Positions 12,050 to 23,260 of a stretch of DNA of 64,000 nucleotides are shown one piece after another. The stretch lies in the NCBI GenBank assembly GCA_012026655.1, contig JAAILG010000150.1, positions 62,001-126,000 on the forward strand, in the 5' to 3' direction. This stretch comes from Hydrolagus affinis (taxonomy: Eukaryota). Made by a program: the position numbers and the translations under genes. The notes under the pieces were generated by a model that was given only the letters and a program-made list of their open reading frames with translations, had not been told where the DNA came from and made no database searches. How positions within the stretch are numbered: position 1 is the first letter of the stretch; the number at the start of each line of letters is the position of its first letter.

Positions 12050-12470
12050 TATGTTAACAACATCTGTGTAGGACATTATGTGGACTACAGCTGGAATATT
12101 GTGGCCATTTCTGATCATTGAAGAGGGTGCAAGGTAGATTCACCAGGTTGCTACCAGTGATACAGTGATACAGATATGAACAAGAGTTTCACTCAACCAA
12201 CTAGAGCAGAGAATATTAAGAGGAGATTCAATAGAAGTTTTCAAATTCATGGAAGGGTTCAAGAGGGTTAATAGCAACAGATTTTATCTACTGGATGAAT
12301 CAGCAAAAAGGCTATCGAATCTGAATCAAATGCCTCATTCACAAGGGAGTCAGATACATACTTGAAAAATGAAAATATAAAAGGTTTCAGGAATGTCTAG
12401 GTAAAGGTTAGTTCCAGTGGCACCAGTAAACCTGAAGGGACAAACAGCTTATTATATGCTGTAATCTCTA
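12050..12470 (+). mobile_element. CR1-clade LINE 3' fragment, degenerate
   Basis: CAGCTGGAATATTGTG (LEYC), GAGGGTGCAAGGTAGATTCACCAGG (RVQ.RFTR) and TTAAGAGGAGAT..ATAGAAGTTTTCAAA (LRGD.IEVFK). Confidence 0.75.
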
Positions 12471-13156
12471 TTTAACTATAATTTTTCTATTATCTGGATA
12501 CAAACCATTAGATGTACAACAATGGCTGCTATTATAAAGCCACCGAGCTGATTGAATAACTAGGCTCACTAGATTTATGATGGTAGAATGAATTTATAAG
12601 TAAAAATTAAAAATTGATTTAATCTGTAGAACAGTGTCTACCAGTAAGAGGGATGGTTTTAGTTTTAAACACTACATATGCAGCATGATCTTTAACACTG
12701 AAGATGTAATGCTATCAGGTCAATCTTGGGAGCCACTCCTTCTCCCCATCCGTTCCCACCCCCAAAATAAGTTGTATTCGTTCTTTTTACTAACTGTGCG
12801 TTGCACAGGATTACTTTATACATATAGGCATTAGATTGAATTGATTTTGCTTATTCTGGCCAGAAGGCACAACACATTAAATCCTGTCTAATCTAAATAA
12901 ATGACATTTATCATATTCATCTTTGTGCTTGTCGATACAATTATGAAAATACTGGTCTCCGAGGAGCACAAGGAACAGTTAGTGAGTCCAGCTAGAGTCT
13001 GGGCTAAACACTGGTCTTCCACTGCACTTAGCAATGGACCAGTAATTTCAGTTTGTTCAGACACCCTCGCTCGCTGACAATGATTGAACAGGCAGCTTCA
13101 GAAGCTTTCTCAAGCAATGGTTTCTGGGTCAGAACAGTTTGGTCTGTGTTCTGTCT

Positions 13157-13170
13157 TGCCACCTGCTGGT
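13157..13170 (-). promoter_or_regulatory. CTCF-like motif
   Basis: ACCAGCAGGTGGCA matches the CTCF core. Motif only; binding is not shown. Confidence 0.4.
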
Positions 13171-13469
13171 AAAGGCAAAGTGTAGCTTTGTTTCCATTGC
13201 TTTGCTTCCATGGCTATTAAATTATTCAGTCCTCAGTTTATAGCCTCATAGAAAAGATATGTCCGGAAATCACAACTCTGTAATATATAAAAGAAAAAAA
13301 AGGTAAAACTGCTGAGAATTTGGTCACTACAATGTTGAATTATGATGTATATAGTATATACAGCAACTTGATTTTCATGGGAAGGAATAATGATGACTGG
13401 AGCAATTGTGGTTCAACAACAACAATCACTGTAAAAATGTCATTAAAAAATCATACACAGATACAATCA

Positions 13470-13665
13470 CACTCTGGGGTCCCCCAAGCCTCAGCTCTTG
13501 CCAACCTGCGCCTAATACTTTCTGGAATTAGGTAAGCAGGACACGTTCCTCCAGGGAGAATGTGCTCATTCCATTCCAACAATCTATCTGTGGGATTTCC
13601 TTGTGTAGCATGGAAAGCTCAGCTTGGATTTCTGCATGTATCAGACACACACCCGGCTGACCCCA
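13470..13665 (-). repeat. Unclassified interspersed repeat family B, 5' part
   Basis: Reverse-complement similarity to 46679-46890 and 16710-16790. Confidence 0.7.
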
Positions 13666-14321
13666 TCAAAAAAAAACATATAATCAACACAGCTGGTAAC
13701 TTTCTTCTGCTCCCCACATACATGCCCCTGTGCTCTAATAACAATTATTATCCTTGCATTTGATATAGCGCTTTTCACGTCTTCTAAACATCTCTAACCC
13801 CCCACCATTCCCACTCCTACCCTCCCTTCTCCCCCAGCTATCAAATAAAAGTATACAATCCAGAAGGGACAGGTAATTTTGTTGTTGCAGATGATCCAAA
13901 TTTAATATAAAAAATTAATATACATTTTTGGAAAAACTGTGTGTGCTCATCATTTCCTGTCGCCGTGCTTCTCCAGGTAGAATTTCCTACGTTCCCCACA
14001 GCCCTGTTGCACTATTAATCTGTAAAATAATAGGAGAAATCAACCAGCCTGAGGATAGGGCAGAGTGCTGAACACATGGATGTGTAAAATCATGATTGTT
14101 TTCAGCATGAGAAGCCATTTGACCTCTTGTGTCTGCCAGCTCTTCCATTCCCCTGATTTTTCTCTCACACGGTTTTGTATGTCCAAGTTCCGGAAGAGGA
14201 TGTGCTAATACAAACTATGTAAAAAAAATCCTCCTTTTACTTTGTTAATGACCGTTATGATTTATGCTCTCTAGATACCGACTGCCCAACTAATGAGTGT
14301 ATATGTTTGTGGATTTTTTTG

Positions 14322-14455
14322 GTCAGACAAGTGTCTGACACATGTGGAAACCCATCACCATGCTTAAGGGTATCTGAACCAAGCTGAGATTTCCATACAT
14401 CCCACTTGGATTATTGGAATGGAATGTGTATTCTCTCCCTGGAGGGACGCATGCA
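14322..14455 (+). repeat. Repeat family B, 5' part
   Basis: GTCAG...CATGTGGAAACCCATCACCATGCTTAAG...GGAATGGAATGTG is shared with the copies at 19281, 46679, 62763 and 34590(-). Confidence 0.75.
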
Positions 14456-14646
14456 GTTTCCATAGCATATGTTTGTACAAGTATAGACAAATAGAAGACA
14501 CTACTGCTTGCATCTGAGGGCACCACAACTGAGCTGCAGAATATCTGGTTAATGCAATTTTCTCTGTTCCACCGTACGGTGGCATTCATTTGAGAGAGCA
14601 GTGGCAGTAACTTTGTTTGATTCTGATAGTGCTATAGCAAATTTAC

Positions 14647-14736
14647 GGTCACTCAAACAACATGGCATAGCTGGGTTTTCATGTTCAGATCAAAGGCAAT
14701 TCCTCTCAAACCATGTGAGAAACCAATCAACATGGG
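14647..14736 (-). pseudogene. RANBP17: Pseudo-exon of the RANBP17-like gene (approx. human exon 20)
   Basis: Acceptor ttcttccaacag| and donor |gtaaat are present. It reads PMLIGFSHGLRGIAFDLNMKT(+1)SYAMLFE*, versus [30 protein letters not shown]. It is 90 bp versus 89 expected, with Trp changed to TGA at 14649-14651. Confidence 0.93.
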
Positions 14737-16709
14737 CTGTTGGAAGAATAGAGGACACACAGCAATTGGTTTTCATATTATAAGGCAGCAGATGGAGTTG
14801 CAAAGAGACAATAATAGTCATATCTAGTCTGTTGTCCATGATTAAAGGCGATTTAAAAAAAACGTGCATAAACCCTTATGAAGCACATCAAGCAAGCAAT
14901 ATAATGTGAGCAAGAAAATTGAGCCCTATATTTGTACATGGCCTGCAATATATCAGCTTTTACTGAACATAATGGGGATCATCGGCACGTTGCAGCTTCT
15001 AGAGACAGTTTGACTGCGTAACAATGACTTTAATTGGCTTAAACTAGAAGTGTTATACTTTAGTACACTGCTAACCCAAGGGGGAAAGCCACATAGATAA
15101 ATAAATATTGTTAAGCGATACGAGGTGTTTAAAGAGTGAAATGAGGCATTGTGCATCAAGTACATTATACGTTTACATAGCTGACTAGAGGTTATGCATC
15201 ATCCATATACATTGCACATCACATTGCATACAGTATTAATGTATTTATTTATAAGGTCTTGTCTATGTTTTTCTTCTCTAGTTTTACAATGTTTTAGTTT
15301 ACTTTTCACCACTTGTTGGCAGGGAGGATGGCGCTGTTGCTGTATCAAACCCACCAGCTCTCCATAAAGGATACATAGACACAAATCTGTTCTATATTTA
15401 CCATATCTATCAAATGGCAGAGCCACTGTTTGCTATAGAAATGTATGACTAAAGTAAGAGGACACTCGGCTCATTTTTTTCACATTGGTGTTTGTGCCTC
15501 CAAGAAACCATCCATCCCATTCCCAATGAGAAACAATCTTTACTTTTCAGTTACAAATCATGAGAGTCATATGTTGTAATGTGAAAATGCCACTTATTAC
15601 TTCTCAGCAGATTTGTGAATTTTCACAGAACAATAGGTCTGTTCAGATGTGCCTATGGCGCATTTGTGTCCATATAACTATGTACAAATGTGCCTGTATT
15701 CGTGTGTGTACGTGCATATTGGAGGGGGAACAACAACGTTATTTGTAAGCCGAATTACTGGTGACATGGATGCCTTTTTATTTTTGCTTAGTTGACTGCC
15801 ATACCCACTAATGGTGGCGTAATGCACTATTTGGCTCTGACCCAGCTAGCTAATCCCATGACCCAGACAAGCTTAGATTCTCCAAAGTGCCATTGGCTCA
15901 TCCGCCCTCCATACTAGTAAAAAAAAATATTTTTCCTGATTCAAAGTAACAATAAAGGATACAGTATTGAGTATCAGTTATAATCTAAATAGCTATATAG
16001 AGAATGATCAATTTCAGGTGGTGTATTATTGTTGGCCAGGACACCGACAGAAAATGTTGTATAGTGCCATGAGATCTTTATCAGGCAGGCAGATAATACA
16101 TTGTTAAAGTCTATCCTAAACTGTTGATACAGCAGAGATCTGGACCAAGCTAAAGCATCTTAATAATGCTACAGTTCTACTCATCCATTGCCAAGTGCTT
16201 TCACTTATGTTACGTATTCACTACATCCACCATGATCAGTGCCCTGCACACAGGGTTAAAAGCAAATAATGTGTCTATCAGATAATCAAGCTATTTTCTT
16301 GAGAATAATCACATTTTAGTATGAATCACAGTTTAACTCTGGGCTCTACCCACGTCCCTAAACTCTGCTGTCTGTCTGTCAGGAATTCCTGCAGACAACT
16401 TGCCACCAGCCATCTATTATCTCAGATCCAATGACCAGTGAAGAAGGCAGACAGATGCACAATTCCTTTACATAAGTGCCTGTTTGGCAAATAGGAATCA
16501 CAAAATTACTAATTACTAGAGTCTGTGGCCCTTGGGCACAGAGCTGGACTTAGACTGCCAGCCTTGCTCTGCAAACATGGCTCGGTACAATATGAATGTA
16601 AAAGCCATGGGAAAGGTACAGGGTATAGATTTATTCAGATAATATCCACAACAAAGGACTTGAGTTATGAAAGGCAAGTTGAGATGGTGTGTCTCTGTTT
16701 ACAATTGAC

Positions 16710-17115
16710 ACATCCTGTTTACCTAATTCCGGAAAATATTAAGTGCAGGTTGGCAAGAGCCAATGCTTGGGGACCCCAGGGTGTATGTTAGGGAACTGTT
16801 GGAGTCCAAACAGCTAAACCTGCAGAGCTCACTATTGATATTGCTACCAGCAAGCTTTCCTGCTGTTTGTCCAGCTATGATAACCCTACTTTTGCTTGCG
16901 TATTAATATCGGAGCTGAGTGGGAAGAGTCCTTGCCCCCAGTGACTGTTCTGCCCTTCCAGGTTCTGCCAATGAGCCAGACTGGGTGTGCTATCATCGGT
17001 AGTGCCCTGGAATACAGTAGGCCTGCCTGGCTCGGGAACAGGAATACCGAGACTACCACAGAGGGCTGGCTTGATTCCAACAACCCGTTACCAAACACAT
17101 CACCTTGGAGTCAGT
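16710..17115 (+). repeat. Repeat family B, 3' two-thirds
   Basis: Shares GAGCTGAGTGG, ATGAGCCAG.CTGG, AGTGCCCT and CACAGAGGG blocks with 19480-19765. Confidence 0.75.
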
Positions 17116-17423
17116 AAAAACAAGGAATAGCTTAAGGAATATTTAACATTTTGTCTCAACATCTCCTCACAGAGAATAGAAAAACATTGAAGATTTGTTT
17201 GGGACGTCCTCCCGACGTGAAAGGCGCTAATATAAATGTAATTTTGATTGATTGATTGTTGCCCCAAGAAGGTGAGAGGCAGAATCAATTGGCTTGTTTA
17301 AAATGGAATAGATATTTTTGGTATTAAGGAGAATGTAATGAAGGATAGGAAATATAATTTCAAATTCAGCCATGATATTGAGCATAAACTGTTGGAACAC
17401 GCTCAACAGACTGAATAGCACTC

Positions 17424-17640
17424 CAATAATAATAATAATCCTTGCATTTTATATAGCGCTTTTCACATCTTCTAGACATCTTAAAGTGCTTCACAGAATA
17501 TACTGTAAAATGAATTGACTGTATATTTGTGGGCAGCCAAATTGCACACAGCAGTGTCCCACCAACAGTCGTAGATTGAAATGACCAACTTTATTATTGT
17601 GTTCTGTTTTTTGGAGGGATTATTATTAGGCGTGTGGAGT
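17424..17640 (-). mobile_element. SINE family A, 5'-truncated
   Basis: Tail and body match other copies. Confidence 0.88.
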
Positions 17641-17867
17641 AAAACAATAAGTGATAAACCAAAACCGATAAGCAGAAATGAAGAGTGAATGAATGTTATT
17701 TATTGTGTTTCACATGTGATTTGATGACATTTGATGACTTCTTTTTTGAATTCCTAGTGCACTGATGTTCTGACTGCATATCTGTCAGACATCAATTCCA
17801 GGATACCTAAGCTTCCTTCAGTTCAAAATGGATGAAACAGAAGCTATTCTCTTTAGCTCCTGTCAAT

Positions 17868-17927
17868 ACCTTCTTAACTCTGATTATCTCCAGATTATCT
17901 GATGGAGATAATCAGAGTTAAGAAGGT
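17868..17927. repeat. Perfect 25-bp inverted repeat with a 10-nt loop
   Basis: ACCTTCTTAACTCTGATTATCTCCA [gattatctga] TGGAGATAATCAGAGTTAAGAAGGT. Confidence 0.97.
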
Positions 17928-18169
17928 TCTTTACATTCGCCCACAAATATACAGTCAATTCACTTTACAGTATATTCTGTGAAGCACTTTGAGACGTCAA
18001 TAAGATGTGAAAAGCACTATATCAAATGCAAGGATTATTATTATAGTATATTATTATTCTTATACATTCAGTTTCTGACCAACCACTTTTCTTTATTTTC
18101 ACCACACTGTCTGCTTTCACCCCTTATATACACACAATATAACAAAAATCCTTATTAATATCTTCACTT

Positions 18170-18660
18170 CCAGACTAGATGTTTTCAATGCCCTGCTCAT
18201 CAGCCTCCCCAGCCTCTGCCAAGCCCAATCTCGAATCCATCCACAATTTGTCTGCTCCCATTTTAACCTACACTCAGCTTTGCATTACCATCTTCTGGTC
18301 CTCACCAGACTCCCCTGTCACCATCTCCCTGCAGATCAACTTCAAGACCTCGCCCTCAGCTAAAAATCCCTGCTTGCTCTCATTCCTCTTCCCACAATCC
18401 CAGCGATCATCTCCTGTCTCAATCTCTTGGTCATCACCTTTACTCGGCTAACTGAGGCCTGTTGCACATTCCACGTTACCTCTATCCCACCATCGGCTAC
18501 TGAGCTTTCCAGATATTATACCTTTACATTCCTCAATTCCCTCAACCTGAAACCCTCTTTACCTGTCTGTAAAGGTCTTCTGAAAATTTACATCTCTCCC
18601 GGTGTCTGTGGTCACCGCTCTCTCCCTCCTCCCTACTTGGTGAAATGAAAGTTATTGTTT
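18170..18660 (+). mobile_element. L2-clade LINE 3' fragment, degenerate
   Basis: TCCAGACTAGAT (SRLD), ATCCACAAT..CTGCTC (IQN.AA) and CAGATCAACTTCAAG (RI.FK); pyrimidine-rich like the other L2 copies. Confidence 0.6.
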
Positions 18661-19280
18661 GAACGTGGCTAAGATTCTAATGCAAATGTAGCGTCACAAA
18701 TATACAGTTAATTTTACTATTTTCCTTCCCCAAACTCTGTGAAGCACTTTGGGACATCGATGAGATGTGGAAAACGCTATATAAACTTAAGGATTACTTA
18801 CTTACTTAAAGGCCTTTGCTCTGGTATAAATGGGAAGCAAAGGCCAGACTTATTATCCCAGCTCATTTTGCCCTGCAGGCCACTGGGTGAAGCACTTTAA
18901 TTTCCCACATGGTCAGTTTTGTTGCAAGATTTAAGAATAAGTTTCCATTTTGATAAACAACCGCTCTGGATAAGAGATGCTGTTTGTCTGCAAAGTCTTT
19001 CTGAAAAGAACTGTTCTTTTAAAAAAACATACCTATAAATAATCTTTTTAATGCAGTAAATTTAAATAATCCACCTTCTACAGTATTTAATGTCATTTCT
19101 ATGATTTCCCCCCCATGTATGGTTGGAGCACTTTATCTATTAAGCATTGTTCATCAACACTGACTGTTCATTTATGACCAGAGGTGAAAGTATAAGCACC
19201 ATCATCTACATTGAGAAATTTATCAGATTGTAGAAAATTAACTCTATAATAAGTCTTACTAAATGCTCATTTTTTGGGGG

Positions 19281-19775
19281 GTCAGCCAAGTGGATGGAAA
19301 CCCATCCCCATGCTTAGGAATACCCAGACCAGATGGGATGTTCCACATGTGTGTGGCATCCACAAATGGAAATTTCCCTGTGTCTGGAATGGAATGTGCA
19401 CTCTCTCTCTCTCTTGAAGGTACACAGCTGCTTACCAAATTTCAGAGTTGCTGAGGCACAGATTGGAAAAAGCCACGGTTTGGGCACCCAGAGTGTAATT
19501 TGGGTGGTAATGCTTTGGAATTTGAAGGCACTGCCTGCTTGCTGCTGCTTGTCCAGCTGGGTCACTGTATCCATTGAGGCTTTCGCTTGCAGGGTCAACA
19601 TGAGCTGAGTGGAAAAACAATCTATGCTCCCAATGACTGCTCTGTTCCTCCAAATACTGCCGATGAGCCAGGCTGGCTTGGCTGTCATCAAAAGTGCCCT
19701 AGAGTATTGGGGTCCTATCTGTCTCAGGAACTGAGATCAGCACAGAGGGTTGAGCTGATTCCGTCATTCTGTTGC
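19281..19775 (+). repeat. Repeat family B, most complete copy
   Basis: Joins the 5' block seen at 14322/46679 to the 3' block seen at 16860-17090 and 63535-63665(-). Confidence 0.75.
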
Positions 19776-21014
19776 TAAGCGCATCATTTTATTCTCCTGA
19801 CCAAAGACTTGAATCATAGAATCATGCAGCACAGAAGGAGGCCCATTATGTCTGTGCTGGCTCGTTTAAAAGGGCTAATCAAATCAATCCCTCTCCCCCG
19901 TGCTCTCTCTGTAAACTTGGAGGTGTGGAGGAGCTTGTGGTATTTATTCAATGATTGGCAGTCCTGGTTTCCTAGTTTAAAACCTTCATTACTGGAGCCT
20001 CATCTGCATGAGATCTAATTGTGCTGCAAACCTATCATGATCCCCTTTACCCTTTTCACTAGATTACACTGTCTCTGACACATTCAGCCAGCGACTGATC
20101 CACAACACAAAAAGTTTAAAAAAAAGTTTCAATGAACTATTCAATATAAAGCATATTATAAAGAACAAATAGCTGTCAGTGAGTTTAAGGCACTAATTAA
20201 ATGGAGGCTTCTGCTGACATTCATAAAGTGCTCTTGCTTGCTCCCACAGTTTAGGAGGTCATCAGAACCCTTCAATTGAATTACTGCCTTTAACTCATTG
20301 CCAGCTATCTATTACTGGAATTATAGATAAAGTCACTGGGGCTACAAGGAAGTCAAGATGGCAAGGGCAGTGAGGCAAAATACTGTGGGAATAATTCACA
20401 CACAGGAATGAAGACAGTGTGATTTATTTCATGGGCATACAAGATTAACTTTTTGGTTCAAATACTGCATTGTAGCATAGACATATGCTTCTGTGGATAT
20501 CTCTTCTTTCCCACTCCCTTCTCCCTCCCTCCTCAGCTCCTTTCCTGGAGGCATAGGAGTCCTTTTTTGCTTCTCTCGTACCTTCACCAATATTCAAGTC
20601 TGTATTTTGACAGTGAGTTTCAGCAGGCTATTCAAATCTAGGAGGTGGATTAATAGCCAAGCTCAATTCTGTCTTCATCTGACGTTCACACAGGCAGAGG
20701 ATCTCTTGATAGAGAATAACGCTTGCTGATTTTTCTCTCTCTAACAAAGCCTGTTGAGGTTTGGCATGATGGCTAGAATGGGCTCAGTCTGTGCTGTAAA
20801 ATGTTACGATTCCATATTTCTTACTGAATTTCGTTTTTCTCTAAATGATGAATGCCAGTGCTGGAATGGAATGCTGTTCCCATTTGTGTCATATAGCATA
20901 TTTATAGATATTTGTACTTATAGAGCACAGCTTTGATGGACACAATTCTCTTCCCTGTGAGAAGCATTTACCCTCCCCTTCCCTGCACTGTGTCTCTAGG
21001 ACTGGATATTTCAG

Positions 21015-21028
21015 CTGCTAGATGGCAC
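21015..21028 (+). promoter_or_regulatory. CTCF-like motif
   Basis: CTGCTAGATGGCAC resembles the CTCF core. Motif only. Confidence 0.35.
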
Positions 21029-22852
21029 CCTAAAGCTTTTTTGCTCCTGATAAAACAGGTTACCTTTACAAGTTTTGCAAATGGACCAAATTCTCTTTAA
21101 ATGACTGCATCTGCTCTTCGTTTTGGTCCAGCGCAGCTGATGGTAAAAATTCAACTTTTAACGTATCCAGGCAAATTTTGTTCCAGAAACTCTTGTTTAA
21201 TTTAATAAAAACGCAGCATTCGTTTAGCCATGAAAATACATGGCATTTGACAAAAATCCACCCTCTGGACCTAGCATATTTTTATTCAAGACAGTTTCCT
21301 TAATCGCTAACGAACCCTGAAAGTGTTTCCAGAAAAAGCGCTGTCCTAACACGATATTCTCTAGCAGGAGATATTAGCTGTAGCAGTGAGAGCCTTTATG
21401 ACGCCTTCGTACAAACCAACCAAGAGGCAGTAGGTTAAGGGTCATTATGTTTTGTCTTTAGAATTAAGATGGCTGTCGTAAGCTTTACAGTGTGCTCTTA
21501 ATTCTGAAGACACGTCTTAATAACCTCTAAATAATTCCAACAAAAGACCCATGTCAAAGGAGTCAGCAGGCCCTTAGGTGTTTCAACTGTAGTGTTTTCA
21601 TCTGCCTTTATTGCTCAATTCCTCTCCTGAATTAAGGCAATAACCTGTGATAAATTATTCAGCGACTGCTACAGGGATCAAAGCAAAATTATTCCATTAA
21701 AATGCTGTTCGTAACATTTGGTGCTTAGTGCAAAAACTTCAAATGAATAAATGTTGAAAATCAAGGATTTAAATAATTAAATATTACGGAGCTTTATAGA
21801 TAAACCCGCCGAACATGTTGCTATTTGTGAGTATAGATCATTACTGATAAGTGTTTCGCTCACTCTGTAATCCCCAAATTCAAGTGTCCTTTAATTTTAA
21901 ATCCTCTACCCACTCCAGCACATTATTTATTTGTCCAGATAGCTTGAATTGAAATGACCACTGTCACACATGAGACAACTTTTTTAAAACGCTGTGCTTT
22001 CTTTCCACTTGAATGTGTTTTTTGTGAATCATTTATGGCATCTTGACCAGGGAATCAATTTTAAATGCTGAGCAAGTAGTCCAAATAATTGTTTCATGTA
22101 TATTGTTACCGCAGTTTTGGCGATGGTATCACTCCATTCTATGCAGTCAGTGTTTGTTCAGAAGTCTGCTCCTACCACAGAGGACAGATTTGTGCTTTAC
22201 TCCCTAAATGTGCAGGCCTTGCTGCTCACAGGCCTCTCGGGCTAATGATAGACTAGTAGGCATTCCAGAACAATGAATTCAAATGGACCGATGGCCTTTC
22301 TTTATCCATACCTTACTTGTGAACTTGGGAATATCCACTTTAACAGGTGAAGACAGGCTCTGACAAGGAGATGCTTGAAGCTAGAAGCTTCCCCACTCAT
22401 TTGAGGAAGTGAGTGGAGAGAAGATGAAACTGATGAGCACAGACTAATTTGTTTAGAACAACATGTGTTTCTCTCAATAATCCTGTTTCAGACTTTATAG
22501 AGTTTCCAACACCAATGGCCTTGTGGAAGGTAGGAATTGAAGGCAATCACATTATTCTCAAATTGATTGTGAAGACAAGTTGTAGATTAAAGAACGCACT
22601 CTCATCTTTCTCCCCTTTTCAAGTATTACAGTACCAGCCAAGGGGATGGTTTTAATTGTATGTTTGAGGCGAGCACATGTATAAGCACTAAGATACAAAC
22701 ACTTAGCTGGTTCAAATCCCACTGAGACAAATCTACCTGGATTTCGGTTGTGGTCTTTTACTGGTCCTGAAACATTTTGTTTTATTGCTTATTTTGCAAC
22801 AAAAGCCAACAAAATTATTTAGATGGCCATTAAATATTAAATTTTCAATGTA

Positions 22853-23260
22853 TCAGCCTGGCTCAATTGATTGCATTCTCACACCTGAGTCAGAAGGATG
22901 TCGGTTAAAGCCTCACACAAGGACTTTGAACTTCCCATTTAGGCTGAGACTGCACTATAACACTGGTTTAGGGGAACGCTCCATTGTCAGAAGGGTCATC
23001 CTTCAGGTCAGATAATAAACTAAGATCCATCTGTGTAGAAATTAAAGGTCCCATGGAACTATTTGAGAAGGGAGTTTCTTCCGGTGTCTTTGTCAACAAT
23101 CCCCCAGATAAAATTGGTCATTTCACTTCACGGCTATTTGTGCTCTGTGCAAATTGGCTGTGATGTTCGTCTGCAAATGCGCAGTCACAACAATTTACAT
23201 TAAATCCTGTGAAGTGTCTCCTGATGTGAAAGGAGTTACATCAAAGACAAGGATTATTAT
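22853..23260 (+). mobile_element. Older tRNA-SINE with a Deu-type central domain (SacSINE1-like), near full length
   Basis: Head ...CCTGAGTCAGAAGG..., Deu-like TAAAGGTCCCATGGAACTATTTGAGAAGGGAGTTTCTTCCGGTGTC, and the same 3' tail as family A. Confidence 0.75.

Noticed and set aside
14470-14545. Alternative exon-21 candidate (ATTCTGCAG..TGG..CTTGTACAAAC)
   Set aside because: Few anchors, no pyrimidine tract and no donor; it competes with 6912-7030.
20582-20689. Exon-19 candidate (GTGAA..GATGAAGAC...GTGAAG|gt)
   Set aside because: Length and donor fit, but there is no acceptor and the middle is unalignable. A rival candidate exists at ~24560-24670, so neither can be supported by eye.
21240-21445. 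Possible exon 17/18 remnants with a CCTTAAC branch-like motif
   Set aside because: Requires many gaps; similar-quality matches occur elsewhere, indicating chance.
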